A DNA stretch of 64,000 bases, taken from Sphyrna mokarran (Eukaryota). Below, piece by piece: positions 13,111-25,688 of the stretch (position 1 is its first letter; each line of letters begins with the position of its first letter). A program made the translations under genes and the position numbers. The DNA lies in assembly GCA_024679065.1 (NCBI GenBank), contig JAGIQG010000010.1, forward strand, positions 62,744,001-62,808,000, given 5' to 3'. The notes under the pieces were generated by a model. That model was not told the DNA's origin. It made no database searches and saw only the letters and a program-made list of their open reading frames with translations.

Positions 13111-13152
13111 GCCACGTTATATCAATAGCTTTCTCACACCGTATTGTGTAAA
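13111..13152. repeat. 42-bp module, copy 2
   Basis: 39/42 identical to 11753-11794, in direct orientation. Confidence 0.95.
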
Positions 13153-14889
13153 TTGATCTTTTACAATTTTTCTCTGTGACAGATTCTGTAAGCAACAAGA
13201 TAAATCATTCCTCCTGTGGCTTTTTTTATTGATTGCGTGGACCTGTATAGAAACTACACCTCTCCTGCTGTGACCAGAAAACCCTTAGAACAGCAGACTT
13301 TTTTCTCCCATTTGAACAGAGTATAGATACATTTGTTTCAGCTTCAAAAGCTTTGTCTACAAACTGATGTCAAGCCAATATGTCCACTGCACTGAGGCTT
13401 TTGTATTTTATATTCTGTTCAGTGAAATTTATTTTTTCAATGCAGTGGTGTATGCTCCTTTCAAGTTTATGGCATTGTTAGATCTGCATAGATTAAAGAA
13501 TAGCACTGGTTTAAACCCTATGAAAGCTAGGAGGAGCATTTCTGCTTCGGTGAATATGAGAAATCTGTGTATATTTCAGCCATTTACACAGGATGTTAGA
13601 TGCTTGTTGGTGAATTATGGATAAATATCCAGCGAAGGGGATTCAGATGACAGAGGGCAAAGCTTTCCTATTTTATGTCCTAAACTCTGCATTGTTGGGT
13701 GTGTTTTACAATATATACTGGCCAGTGATTATCAGTGATCCCAAAATGAACATAATGTTGGTTGACTGGAGTTTAATATTGTAACTGTCTGGCTCCTTTG
13801 AATAAAGTGGTGCCATCTGATATATGACGATGTAAGGAATGTGAAATTCCAACCTATAACAACACTGGAGCTCTGTACCCATGTTGAGAAGGCCATTTGC
13901 ACAGACATTGCTTTCCAGTGCTGAAAGCACGTGAGGTGTTGTTACACTGACATCATTCATCCCAATCAGCTGATGTGATATCTAACTTGTAAGTAGAAGT
14001 CACGTAGGTCCTTTGGATGAGTTCCCTTGTCATTCACTAATGAATACTTTATAGTCAGGCACTCAACTTGGAGGTATGATATTTAGAATAACTTCTATTG
14101 CTGCAAAATCTGTAGAAATACTCAGGAGTATTTTTGGTGGTGAACTCCAGAATTTGTCAAGGATTGTATTGCATCCTCACAAGGAGAGCAGAGGATTGGC
14201 TGGCCTGTCCTTGCACAGTCTGCAACAGTATGGGGAATGCTGAAACAGTGCCCTTGGTCTAAGTTGGAACCGACTCTTGATTCGAGTGACAGGAAACTGT
14301 TTGCCAGGCAATGCATCAACTGCTTTTGAGTACAATCTCAATCACTATTCTCCTGTCTGCCATCCTACTGAAATCCTCATCTGAGATCTCTGAGGCAGAA
14401 CCTGTCTGCAACCTCACTCCCAGGCAGGTGATACAAGAAACTTCCTGCCCCTCTTGAATGGCTGCAGCCCACACATGCGTGTTGACCCAACAAGTGCAAA
14501 TCTTCACTTTACATCATTTTTTTAAAGGTGTGCATACCAATATCTGAGCTTAGTGGCTGTAAATGACAGATTGGGATCAGGGATGGGGCCTCTTCCTCAG
14601 TATTGCTTTGTCATTCTCTCTGCTTTTCCTGTGATTAGGACACGAGGTAGTTTGTGGGTGTTCGAAAGCAGAAATTCAGAAGGCACAGTTGGGGTGAGGA
14701 AACCTCAATGGGATGGAAAGCAAGAGATCCATGGTCAAATGTCTGTTGCGGGCATTTCATGCGAACTGATATCTAGTTAAGAGTACAATGGGAATTGAGA
14801 ATAAACATAAGGCAGGGACATGCTGTGTTCCCAGCAACTCCAGATAAAACAACCTTTATTATAGTCAGCACCATGATACAGAAAATCAT

Positions 14890-14973
14890 CTTCTTTGAAG
14901 GCCACAGGAAATGCAGGAGTCTCTGTCCTCCACCAGGTTTGCTCCACTCTCTTTTGTTGTGTGCCATCTTGTC
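14890..14973 (-). pseudogene. Harbinger transposon Myb/SANT-like gene, relic of a downstream exon
   Basis: Minus-strand acceptor CTTTTCTCTTGTAG followed by DKMAHNKREWSKPGGG, resembling the K.AHN.RE...TGGG motif of Harbinger Myb/SANT-like (NAIF1/MSANTD-type) proteins. A possible decayed upstream exon lies at about 16150-16320. Confidence 0.65.
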
Positions 14974-15113
14974 CTACAAGAGAAAAGGCAGAAGATCACT
15001 GATTGTGTTTCACTGTGTTTGGTTGATGTATCTACCACAGCTAAACAACTGGGGGTATGTGGAGTCAATGGGAGCTGGGGGAGTAGCTGACATTATTGGA
15101 ATGTAATTAATTA

Positions 15114-16042
15114 GGGTGAGGGTGATTCTCCAGCCTCACCGTGCCATGAATAGATCACTCCTGTCCCGGAGAATAACGTACAATCGAAAAATGTGTTTTG
15201 CACCCAGCACCAGTTTGTGATTCTTCCAGCACCTTCTGAATGGCACAAACCAGATCACACCTAGAAAGGGTGTGAGACTGATTAGCATTAAAGTAGCATT
15301 TAAATATGCATAGCCCATTCCAATCCCAGTGCGTGGAATCCATCAGTCTTGGGGTGTAGCACAACAACAGTGAGAATCATAACGCGACTCCACTCGCGGA
15401 GACCTGGCACAATGGTCATGTGGTGGCCCCCTGTTGATTAGAAATTTGGCCAGGCAGTGCCCACATGGTGGGGCCCACTTGACATGCTGACAATGCCAAA
15501 CTGGCACACTGGCCAACGGACAGACAGATGGTTCCAGTTTGGCACAGCCAGCATGTCATTTGGATAGTACTGAGGGGGTGGAGCCTGAATGGGGGCCATG
15601 ATAGAGGCGCTACAAAAGCGGGGTCATGCAGGGATGGATCATGAATGCAGCTTAGATGGAGGGGGAGCATGTTGTCAGCCAGGCAGAAGGACCCATCAGA
15701 AAGGCCCTGATGCACCATTACTGGTGACCCCTGTCAGGGAGTGGCTGAACCTGCCACCTATGATTGGGGGAGTGGGGTGGTGTGTCCCTTTGTCCATAAG
15801 GTGAGGAAGAGAGTCTCCCAGTGTACTCTGAGACCACGGCACCGTTTGTGAATGATGCCCAAGTGGTTTGAAACCAGTTTCACTGCTGTGTTTAGGCCCT
15901 TCCCTCCAGTACCAGAGTGAAACTCCCAACTCTCCCAAAAAGTGACTGAGTGTGGGAGGATTGCAATGCGGAGCACTCCCAAAGATCCGTACGGGTCATT
16001 CCATGACTCTCGCCATCATGACCATTGGGAAGAATTCCACCC
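15114..16042. mobile_element. GC-rich non-autonomous Harbinger-like element
   Basis: TIRs GGGTGATTCTCC / GGGAAGAATTCCACCC with a GC-rich interior; apparently inserted in the intron of the Myb relic. Confidence 0.65.
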
Positions 16043-17819
16043 AGAATATCTGAGTGTTAGCTGTGAATTGTGAGTGTTGCAGTGTGTGTGATAGGGCTGT
16101 GGTGCATGAAGCAGCTTGAGAGGCTGTCAGAGCAGTGTGTAGGAAATGCATTCACAGAACTGGAACACTGCATTAGATCTTTAGACTTCTGCTGCCTGAT
16201 ACTCAGGTCTAGGCACTAGGAAATAATCTTTCTGGTAATTTTCCAATCTCTTCAGAAAATGGTCCTTTCAGGTATCCTGGACCTTCAAGGAACTCTAGTG
16301 TCTTCCTTCTTACACCACTAAAATCTTAACCGGTAACCCAGTGCCCTCTCCCTTCCCAAAGCTCCATCGTCTTTGTTACAAGTGCTGTGACAGTATTCCA
16401 CTGCAGTCTCCTGTAATTCAGTGTTGCTTCTGTTTCAAAGGGACTGACTGCCTTCAAGGATAGAGGCTTTCTGCACCAAATTATAGCATATGCTGCTTGG
16501 CTCTGTCTTGAACACTGAGGCTAGAATTACATACTGCCTGTTGCTTCACAGGCATCTGCAGGCCACGTATCACAACCTCATTATCTATTGTCTGAATTCT
16601 AGCACATGATCTTTGTATGATGTTGCCAGAAGGGAAACTTCAATGCCTATTTCGAGTCAAATGGTAAACTAGTTATTTTAGAAGGCTGTTATAATTTTGT
16701 TAAAATTATGAAACCAAAGAAAAGCTCTCCTCCCTGGACCACCACCACACCCCCACTGCTCCACACTTTACCACCTGTAAGCTCCTTTGTACAGAATTAT
16801 TCAGCAGCTACAATGTGAGTGATTTACACCCTGAATTTTGTACTCTCGAGGCATCCCACTGGTTTGTGCACTCATCACAGTGCTTTACCTTTCAGGGATG
16901 CATCTTGGGAATTTAGTGGCTACTAGTGTGACTTTTGGCCCACTAAAATAAACAGATGGATAATCATGGAAAGTGTGCACTCAGAATGCCTATATACATT
17001 CCTGCGTGGTGAACTCTACATCAGGGACGCAAATTTGTAAAATTACCTCCTTTTTTGTTATAAATTATGTCAATTTAGTGTCTTACCTAAAACACATTAT
17101 TTTCTGAAATAATAGATTTAATGGCTTGGTGTTCGTAATGTAATTTACATCTGCAATGCAAACGTGTCAGTAATCTGAGGCACCCCGTTTGCTGTTGTTT
17201 TCCAATGCAGCGTCATAACAACAATCTGCATTTTTATAGCCGCTTTAGCAAAATAAAAATAGGGAGAGCACTGCAGTGTGGGCTTTTCTGGAAGAATTCA
17301 GAAGGGCAGAAGAAATGAAAGTGTAACCTGCTATCAAGAGCTGAAGGAGATTGCAAATGTTGAGAGAGGCAAAATCAAAAAGCAAGTAGATGAAGAAAAG
17401 GAACACAAATTCAGTAGAGGTGGATAGATGAGAAACAAATGGAATTTGCCAAGGAGTGCGTATACTCTGTTATCACTGGAGTTGGCAAATGGATAAGAAA
17501 TCCATTATACTTACTCAAGTGAAAATTTCAGTATTCACATATTCGTGCAGCATTCCTTGTTTTATCCAGATAATCCATTGAAAATAAATGAGTTATCACC
17601 TTAAATTAATGTACACAGGAATATGTAGGTTACTTTAATGATCACTTGCTTCCAGCATTGTAATCCTGATTAGCTGATCTATGCAATCTGGGAGCAGAGA
17701 ATTATCCTTGTGTTCAGTGTTGACGTATGAAATTTGCCAGTTGGTAGTTTCTACCCTATGAGCAGCCAATAAACAGATATTGGTTGCTGTCTTTACTATC
17801 TGGCAAGCTTTTCTGCAGC

Positions 17820-18136
17820 AGCTGGGTAGCACAGTGGTTAGCACTGTTGCCTCATAGCACCAGGGACCCAGGCTCAATCCCAGCCTCGGGTCATTGTCTG
17901 TGTGGAATTTGCACATTTTCCCTGTGTCTGCGTGGGTTTGTTCCGGATGCTCTGGTTTTCTCCGACTGTCCAAAGATGTACAGGTTAGATGGACTGGCTA
18001 TGTTAAATTGCCCCTTAATCCCAAGATGTATAGGTTGGAAGGATTAGTGGGGTAATGCATGAGATGGTCTTGTCAGAGAATCAGTGCAGACTCAATGAGC
18101 CGAATGGCCTCCTTCTGCACTGCAGGGATTCTATGA
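17820..18136 (+). mobile_element. HE1/V-SINE, full length, CR1-type tail
   Basis: tRNA head (TAGCACAGTGGTTAGCACTG; B box GGCTCAATCC), V-domain TGTGTGGAATTTGCACATTTTCCCTGTGTCTGCGTGGG, tail GAATGGCCTCCTTCTGCACTGCAGGGATTCTATGA. Confidence 0.9.
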
Positions 18137-18765
18137 ACAAATTCACATGCACGTTATGCAATGAAGTGAATTGCATTGACACACATTGTCATGCTATTTT
18201 AGCTTTTATCTATTCCTATTCTTTCCCTCACAATCAAAATTAAAGATTGCAAAAGACAAAGCTTTAGCATCAGAATGAGCATAATATAAAGATCTGCAAA
18301 TGCCCCATTCCCATCAGTTCAGCAGCTATAGAATGCTGAAATGCTGGGGGTCTCCAACAATATGAAATGTTTTGTTACTCTGAAGCTTCAGTTGTGTTAT
18401 TAAGCTGACTATATAAATGTTATGGTCTCAAATATCCTTCTCTCCTGTGTTTTCTTCTTTTCTCCTTCAACATTTTGACTTTCTCCTACTGAAGGTATTA
18501 GATTCCTTCGGTTTCACGAGTGCCCTGCACACTGAAGAGAATGCCTGTTGCTCATATCTGGATTTCAGACAGTGAATGCCACCGCAGAAGAGCCCAATTA
18601 TGTCTTTACCCAATGTCCACAGACTTTGCCCCAATTTCTCCATTCCAGCAGAACTTATGGTTACTGATCAGGAGCAAGAAAAGAGCTTTGTTTCACTTCA
18701 CCTGGGATCTCACGATCACTTGAGAATAATTGTTTAACCTCTTTTGAGATCCCAGATGCTAATTT

Positions 18766-19410
18766 CATAAAATCATAGAATCCCTACAGTGCAGAAGGAG
18801 GCCATTTGGCCCATCAAGCATGCACCAATCATTATCACATCCAGCCTGTCACCCCATTTATTTATCCAGCTAATTCCCTTGGCTGTAAGGGGCAATTGAA
18901 CATGGCCAATCAATCTAAGCTGCACATCTTTGTACTGTGGAAGGAAACGTGGGTACCCAGAGGAAACACATGCAGACTGAATAGACTAGGACTTTACTCA
19001 TTGGAAATCAGAAGAATGAGAAGAGGTCTTGTAGAAACATATAAGATTATGAAGGGAATAGATAAGATAGAAGCAGGGAGGTACTCCATTGATGGGTGAA
19101 ACTGTAACTGGAGAGCATGGTGTCAAAATAAAGGGGGAGCAGGTTAATTTGTGGAATTCCCTGCCCAGTGAAGCTGTTGAGGTTGGCTCATTTTTAAGGC
19201 ATGGATAGATAAATTTTCAACAGTAAAGGAATTAAGGGCTATGGTGAGTGGGCGGGTAAGATCAGCCACGATCTTATTGAATAGCGGAGCAGGCTTGAAG
19301 GGCCAGATGGCTTACTTCTGCTCCTGGTTCTTATGACAGGGGAGGAAATTGAACTTGGGTCCCTGGCACTGTGAGGTAGCAATGCCAACCACAGGGTCAC
19401 TGTGTCACCC
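18766..19410 (-). mobile_element. HE1/V-SINE split by a CR1 insertion
   Basis: SINE 3' part at 18766-18977 and head at 19336-19410; the SINE consensus GCAGAC|ACGGGGAG is split exactly at the insertion. Confidence 0.85.
18978..19335 (+). mobile_element. CR1 LINE 3' end (5'-truncated) nested in a SINE
   Basis: Translates as RLNRLGLYSLEIRRMRRGLVETYKIMKGIDKIE (CR1 ORF2 C-terminus), followed by the CR1 3' UTR ending CTGCTCCTGGTTCTTATG. Confidence 0.9.
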
Positions 19411-21560
19411 AATTTCAACAAGCTTTGTGAGAACCAGGATTTGAAGCTAAAATGATAGTTCACCTTAATAAACTCTCAGAGCCAGTGGGAAGAAGTCTTG
19501 TCTTTCTTCCTTTTAACCATCCTATAAGTGAAAACTGAAACAAGGAGAGGCTTTTCAATCAGTCAGTCAGCGCAGTTATTAATCAAGAGGAGTCATTGCT
19601 GTTTTGTGGGCCCAGAGGAGCCACACCTCACCCTATGTCCCAGTGGTACCGTAATGCAACAGATACAATGCTGGAGGGAAACAATGATGTTCTCCAGCAC
19701 TAATGACGTTGTTCTCTTATGTGTGACAAAGATAGAGAAAAAAGTATACTAATGACTGTCTTCTGACCCTTTGAAGCAATGGGATTAAATGCTTCCATTG
19801 CAGTCTTCCACAAAATGGAAAAGTGTGAGTTTGTATCTACAGTTGCCATGCGAATTCCTGACCTTAGTTATATTGTCTTGCCCTTTATCACAATTAAGGA
19901 CAAACGTAGTAATGCACCCTTGTTGGTCTCTCCTACACGGCCATAGATGTACACAGTGTAGAGTGTAGGAGCCAGTATAGAGGAAGGGAATTAATTTAAA
20001 AAAATAAAATGAAGTTGGACAAATGATCAATTGTTAAAGTACAGAAGCACAAGCTGTTACATCAAAACAAATACAAATATAAGGCACTTTTGCTGTTTTT
20101 AAAGAATACTACAAGTGCTTAGTGCCAAGAGAACTGATGAATGGCTGAGCTATCAGTGATCTATTTTAGCAAAGGCAGTTTCCAGCTCCACCCCTAACTA
20201 CGTAGCACTGGAGGTCACTGTGGGAAAAGTCCTTTTCTTCCCAGCTGGCTTTCCAAACCTAATGAGTTAACAATTGAAATGTAGGAAGTTGCTTTGAAGG
20301 TCAGCAAGGCATCACTTTGACAATACCCCTGAGTTCAGGGATGATACTGCTGCTACAAATGGCAGATTTGAAAGTTTATCAGTTGGCAAGTTTCAAAAAA
20401 GCAAAGTGGCAGAAGGAAGTGAAAGTTGATCTGCAAAATAATACATGAAAAATGAGTTATTTTCTGATCACCTTGTTAGACCTGAGCATCACAAAGGTCA
20501 GCAGACTGGAACAATGCAAATGTCCTAGGTTGAATAATACCAGGGAATATTAACCGAGGACCTCCAGGTCAAGCATGACTGAATTAAAGAAAACATTGGA
20601 ACAGCAGTGGTCCGAGAAGAAAAAGTGCAAAAGTCAAAGAGTTAAGGAGGAGGATTCTCTCAGTTATCAATTAGACTCGAGAAGAAAGTTCTTATCAAAT
20701 GACGAATAGCTAGGGATAGTTTAGTTCACTTGGTGCAATTTCCGTTGATTAGTTTTAACAACCATTATAGTAGATATTAAATGGTGATGAAACATAAACC
20801 AAGCTTCCTCTCTGGTCTATAGCTAGTGCACAACAAACACTTAAGTGACCAGTGCCTGAACCTATTATACTATGCTCTGATCTCAGCATGTCATTGAGGT
20901 GCTGTGCCAAGTAAAGGGCATGCACTTCCCAGGAAGGAGGAATAATTGGAGGGCTGCTTTCTCTGGGAAGTTTTCACACAGCCTGACAGACAGTTTACAG
21001 GATGGTTTGAGCAGAAGAATAGGAACTGTTCACCTACTCTCTTGCCTGGTATATGGTGCGTGACACAGACATGTGGAATTAAAAAACGTTTTGGGAAGAA
21101 AAACACAAAAGGGCTCAAAAAACATCATCAGCCAGTAAAATTGTAGTTGCTAGTTAAACTGGTCCATTTTTAAATTATTTTTGTGCTCAGGTTATTTTGA
21201 AACCTTGCACAAATTTAAAAAGGACCCAACAGCTTAAGAGTGCTAATTTTCTTTATCATACATTTAGAATAGAGTTGTGAAACAAAATTGGGAAGAAATG
21301 TTATCCCCCTGAACACATGACCAAAATGGTAGAGGTAACTTAGATTATAATGTGCCTATGTGCTTTTCCACAAATACCAGCTTGTCATTTTAAGAAATTA
21401 AAGTTTTGCTGCCTTTAATTGTACAAAATACTCTCTCCATTATACACTGGGACACAGAAGTTGTGATACAGAATAAAAGTGTGAAGATGCTGAACATAAT
21501 CATTTGAAATTCGTTTTCCGCTGTTTCGTGAATATGTTACCATGTTTATTGTGAAGTCTC

Positions 21561-22767
21561 TGCCAAATCCAAAGTTCCGACATACTTTCTCCAGGGTCTT
21601 GTCTGCGGAACCAGTAATTCTGACTGAAGAGTGTGAATTCAGGTCACAATGTCTGGAATTGACATGGGGAAAGTGAACTAACTGTGCCACTTTCCTACCA
21701 TTATTTATCTTCAGAAAGCAGAAATCAGTTACACAGTTGAAACCAGCAATCTGTCTACCTGCAAAACAGCACTAATGTTTTAGCCAGCCAAAACAGTTGA
21801 AAGAGAAATTTCAGATCAATGTATTAATCGTCTACAAGAGAAAATTTCAATGTCATTGTGCCTATTTTCTGGGCTTAAAAGCAATATTAGGGGATCAGTT
21901 TTGGGCTGTGATTTCCTGTGTCCAATCTCTGCTGGAAATATATCAGTTGTCGAACTGGAAGACAGCAGTTATGCATGCAGGGTGCCCATCTGAAATTGGT
22001 GTTCTTGTAGTGATTGAAATTCCACTCTTCTTTAAGATGTTCTTTCAAATTGTTCAAAATTGGTCTAATAACCTTCTAATGTTCCTTTCTTTTGAAATCA
22101 GGAGAAACAGAACTTGTAACTAGTGGTTGCAAAAAAAATTCCAAACCATTCTGACACAAATGTTGGCAGTTGTTGTCCTCATGTTGTTTCGTATTTGTCT
22201 CAAATATCCACATACATCAGAAGCTGCTTTAGCATTAGCCTTCAACGTTTGGCTATCGTTATGTGACCTTCACAAAGCCAACAGCTACATTAAAATAATC
22301 AGGTGGCTTTTTGTAGATTGATGCTCAGAAAGCCACAGTTTTGCTTTTGACATCAGTAAATGCCCAGCTTTGACAGCAAACATTGCACTTTGGGAGTGAC
22401 ATTGTAGCAGAATGGTCTGACATAATCATATAAATACACCAATATCCTCTCAATAATGATGCCAAGGCATAATATTATGAAGACAATAGTCTATCAGTGT
22501 ATGCTGGCTAAAACATTAGCATTGGTCTTATGGGAGGCAGAATGCCGATTTCAACAGTGCAACTCATTTACTAAAGACTGTTTCTGCTTTTCAAAGGTAA
22601 ATAAAGGTAGAAAACTGGCATGGTCAGTTCAATCTCCCAATGTCAATTCCAGAGATTGTGGTCTGAATTTACATTCTTCAGTCAGAAACATAGAGTTGAG
22701 ACAATGACCAGTTCCGCAAACAAGACCCAGGAAGAAGTTCACCGGAACTTTGGATTTTCATTTGGCC
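21561..22767. mobile_element. Old element with long inverted arms (probable DNA-transposon relic)
   Basis: 21561-21730 is the reverse complement of about 22577-22767 (e.g. TTCTGACTGAAGA / TCTTCAGTCAGAA; AATCCAAAGTTCCG / CGGAACTTTGGATT), with one indel of about 16 bp. Confidence 0.8.
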
Positions 22768-23591
22768 AGGGGTAGAGATGGGAATGACTGGGTTTTATAG
22801 GATTCACAACAATGAGGAAGTTGTAAGTGTGAAGGGGAGCTGTGCAGAGTGCCTGCTCCAGTGCGGCAAATGGTGCTCAACTTTTTGCCATCAACTTAGA
22901 GGCCAATTACAAGTTTACATCTTAGTATTTTATTAAGCAGAATTCAGAAAGTACTTGACCATTTTAAAAGGTTTGGCTGACTTCAACAGCAACAACAACT
23001 TGCATTTACATAGTGCCTTTAACATTGTAAAAATTCCATTGTCAAAGCAATGGGGAAAAAAAGCAAAGAATGGTCCTCTAGTCCTTAACCACACATGTCC
23101 TCACACCAACCCCTCTCCCACCCAATATACTTTTGGTGTTATCTCTTTTCTCCAGATACACCACATGCCCCTCATATTCTACATGTCCTCTACATACCCC
23201 CATGACCCTTTATTGTCCCTATGCCAATATAGTACTAAACAACACCAACTGATACCCAATCCTTTATTCTTACACTTTCCATGCCAACTCACTCTGTATC
23301 CTCTATCAGCAGACCTCAGAATCTATGCTGAGATTAAATGAAGTTCTTAAACATCTATTGATGAATTCATTATTTCAAAATAAAACACTCTCATTGACCA
23401 TTTGCCACATTTAATTTCCTCTAATACCCTATAAAAATAAGCATTGTGATTCATTGTCCAAATTAAAAGAGTTTATAATCACTTGGAGCTATCAATCAAA
23501 CCTGTGAATGGATATGCACTCCACTGAGCTAATGAAAAGTTATGAAATCAGTGAAGCAGCACTAATCCTATAATGATGACTCTCAGATTTA

Positions 23592-24200
23592 TACAAACAT
23601 AAAAACAAGGAGCAGGAGTAGGCCATTCACCCTTAAAACCTGTTCTTCTATCCAATAACATTGTGGCTGATCTGATAACCTAAAATCTGCTTTCTGTCCA
23701 CTCCCAATAACCTAAACACTCTTGTTTACCAAAAATCTATTCACCTGTGCCTTAAAAAGTTCTAAAGATTCTGCTACCACAAACTTTTCAGGAAGAGAAT
23801 TCCAAAGTGTCATGACCCTCTGAGTGACAGAAATTCATCTCATCTCTGTTTTAAATGAGAAGCATCTCGATTTTAAATAGTAACCCCTGGTTCTAGATCC
23901 TCCCAGAAGAGGAATTATTCTCTCCACGTCCACCCTGTTAAGACCTCTCAGGTTCTTATATATTTCAATGTTTCAATCAAGTTACCTCTTACTCTTCTAA
24001 ACTCCAGCGGCTACAAGCATAGACTGTCTAACTTTTCCTCAAAAGACAACTCACCTATTCCAGATATTAGTCTTAAAGAAAGCTTCTCTGAACTGCTTCC
24101 AATGTGATTACATCCTTTTTTAAGGAAGATGACAAGTACCTGTGTACAGTACTCCAAATGTGGTCTCCCTAATGTCTGTACAATTGAAGGGTAGCCTCCC
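23592..24200 (-). mobile_element. CR1 LINE 3' fragment
   Basis: AAACATAAAAACAAGGAGCAGGAGTAGGCCATTC...TGTACAGTACTCCAAATGTGGTCT (RPHLEYC motif on the minus strand). Confidence 0.85.
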
Positions 24201-24270
24201 TTGACACAGAAATGGCAAGATTTTTCTTTAAATACTGCAAGACAGTATTTTTCAAATAATTAAATTTTAA

Positions 24271-24562
24271 TATTTATTTATCAGTGTCACAAGTAGGCTT
24301 ACATTAACACTGCAATGAAGTTACTGTGAAAATCCCTTAGTCGTCACATTCTGGTACCTGTTCAGGTACACTGAGGGAGAATTTAGCATGGCCAATACAC
24401 CTAATCAGCACATCTTTCACACTATGAGAGGAAACCAGAGCACTGAAGAAAATCCACGCAGACACAGGGAGAATGTGGAGACTCCACACAGACAGTAACC
24501 CAAACTGGGAATCAAACCCGAACTTGGTGCTGTAGAGCAGCAGTGCTAGCCACAGTGCTGTT
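24271..24562 (-). mobile_element. V-SINE with alternative (non-HE1) 3' tail
   Basis: Same tRNA head and V-domain as HE1, but the tail reads (on +) TTTATCAGTGTCACAAGTAGGCTTACATTAACACTGCAATGAAGTTACTGTGAAAATCCC. A second copy lies at 53094-53380. Confidence 0.85.
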
Positions 24563-25623
24563 CATATGTGGGGAAAAAAATCCTCAGCCTGTAACAGGGA
24601 CATGACTTAGAATGCAGCAAATGTTTTGCTTCTGCTGAAGCTACACTGAATAGGAATGAAGGTTATCCAAGTATAAAGTAATGCCCGCTTTTCACATCCA
24701 GTTATATCAATGGGTGACCATCACAAAAATGAGCATGAGTGGAATTTGCATAAGAATGTAAATGAACTGCATATTTCATAGTATTTTGATGGGGATGCTG
24801 AAAATTAAGCCAGTGCATTTGCATTCATACTGTTCTCACTGAGCTTTCAACAGGTATCTCAACTGACACTTTTTACCAGAGGCTATGGGCATCTGTTATA
24901 TTTTGAAATGACAGCATTCTGTAACTGGCTAGGCTGAGGGGCTGTTTTATTATGTGCTGTATGATATGTGACATGCTTGAGGATACTCTTCCTCCCGCAG
25001 TGTCTTCCTGTAGTGTTCAGAAATTCATTCTGCACATGGCTACCCTTTTCCTTCCAGTTTTTTTGCTTTACCAAAGTAAATAGATAATTAAAATGCCGCA
25101 TGGAGGAGATTTGTCAATGTGGCTACGAGCCTGAGGAATGAATTTAACGTTTGCCACTTCAACTCAAATTCCACCTCAGGTATCTTCACTGCCATGTGCC
25201 TCCAGTAGAGCTTTGTGCTCCGACTGATGTGTGAGAATTGTGACTCAATGTCACGATGAAAAGAATCCTTACTGTCTTGTCAAAAAGAGACGCTGGTGGG
25301 GTTTTGTCAGAGTCTTGCAATTGTGAAAAAGAATTAGAAGATTTTAAGAAAGTACATTATTTGTGAGTAGGATCAAATGTCTGAATTGAATCTGAAATTG
25401 CCTGTTTGGCTCAGTGTCATATTTTGTTTCTATTGGTCCTGGGGATGTTTTATGTTTAATGGCACTATATAAATGTAAGTTGTTGGTGAGTTATTGATCT
25501 GTGTTTGTGTAGCTGTGCGAGCAATGTATGATTGTACTGTCAGTATATCGACAGGAACAGAATGTCCAGTGAGTCTGAAACCAAAAAAGATCAACTTCAG
25601 GCAATTGGACAAGGAATTGAGTG

Positions 25624-25688
25624 ACATACTGATGTTCCACCTCTGTAACTGCAATTAGACAATACATACTGATGTTCAACCTCCGTAA
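25624..25688. repeat. 25-bp direct duplication, period 40
   Basis: ACATACTGATGTTCCACCTCTGTAA (25624-25648) versus ACATACTGATGTTCAACCTCCGTAA (25664-25688), 23/25 identical. Confidence 0.9.

Noticed and set aside
14380-14450. Possible CR1 ORF1 esterase relic (minus-strand HLPGSEVAD)
   Set aside because: The similarity to the LPGA.V.D motif is too short to support a call.
17820-17890. tRNA gene
   Set aside because: The A and B boxes continue directly into a V-SINE body with no acceptor stem or terminator; the same applies to the other SINE heads.
20575-20709. Charged 44-codon mini-ORF (MTELKKTLEQQW...)
   Set aside because: Purine-rich sequence resembling the antisense strand of decayed L2; no splice or homology support.
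25150-25178. let-7-like TGAGGT start on the minus arm of the hairpin
   Set aside because: The seed reads GAGGTGG rather than GAGGTAG, and the remainder does not match let-7.
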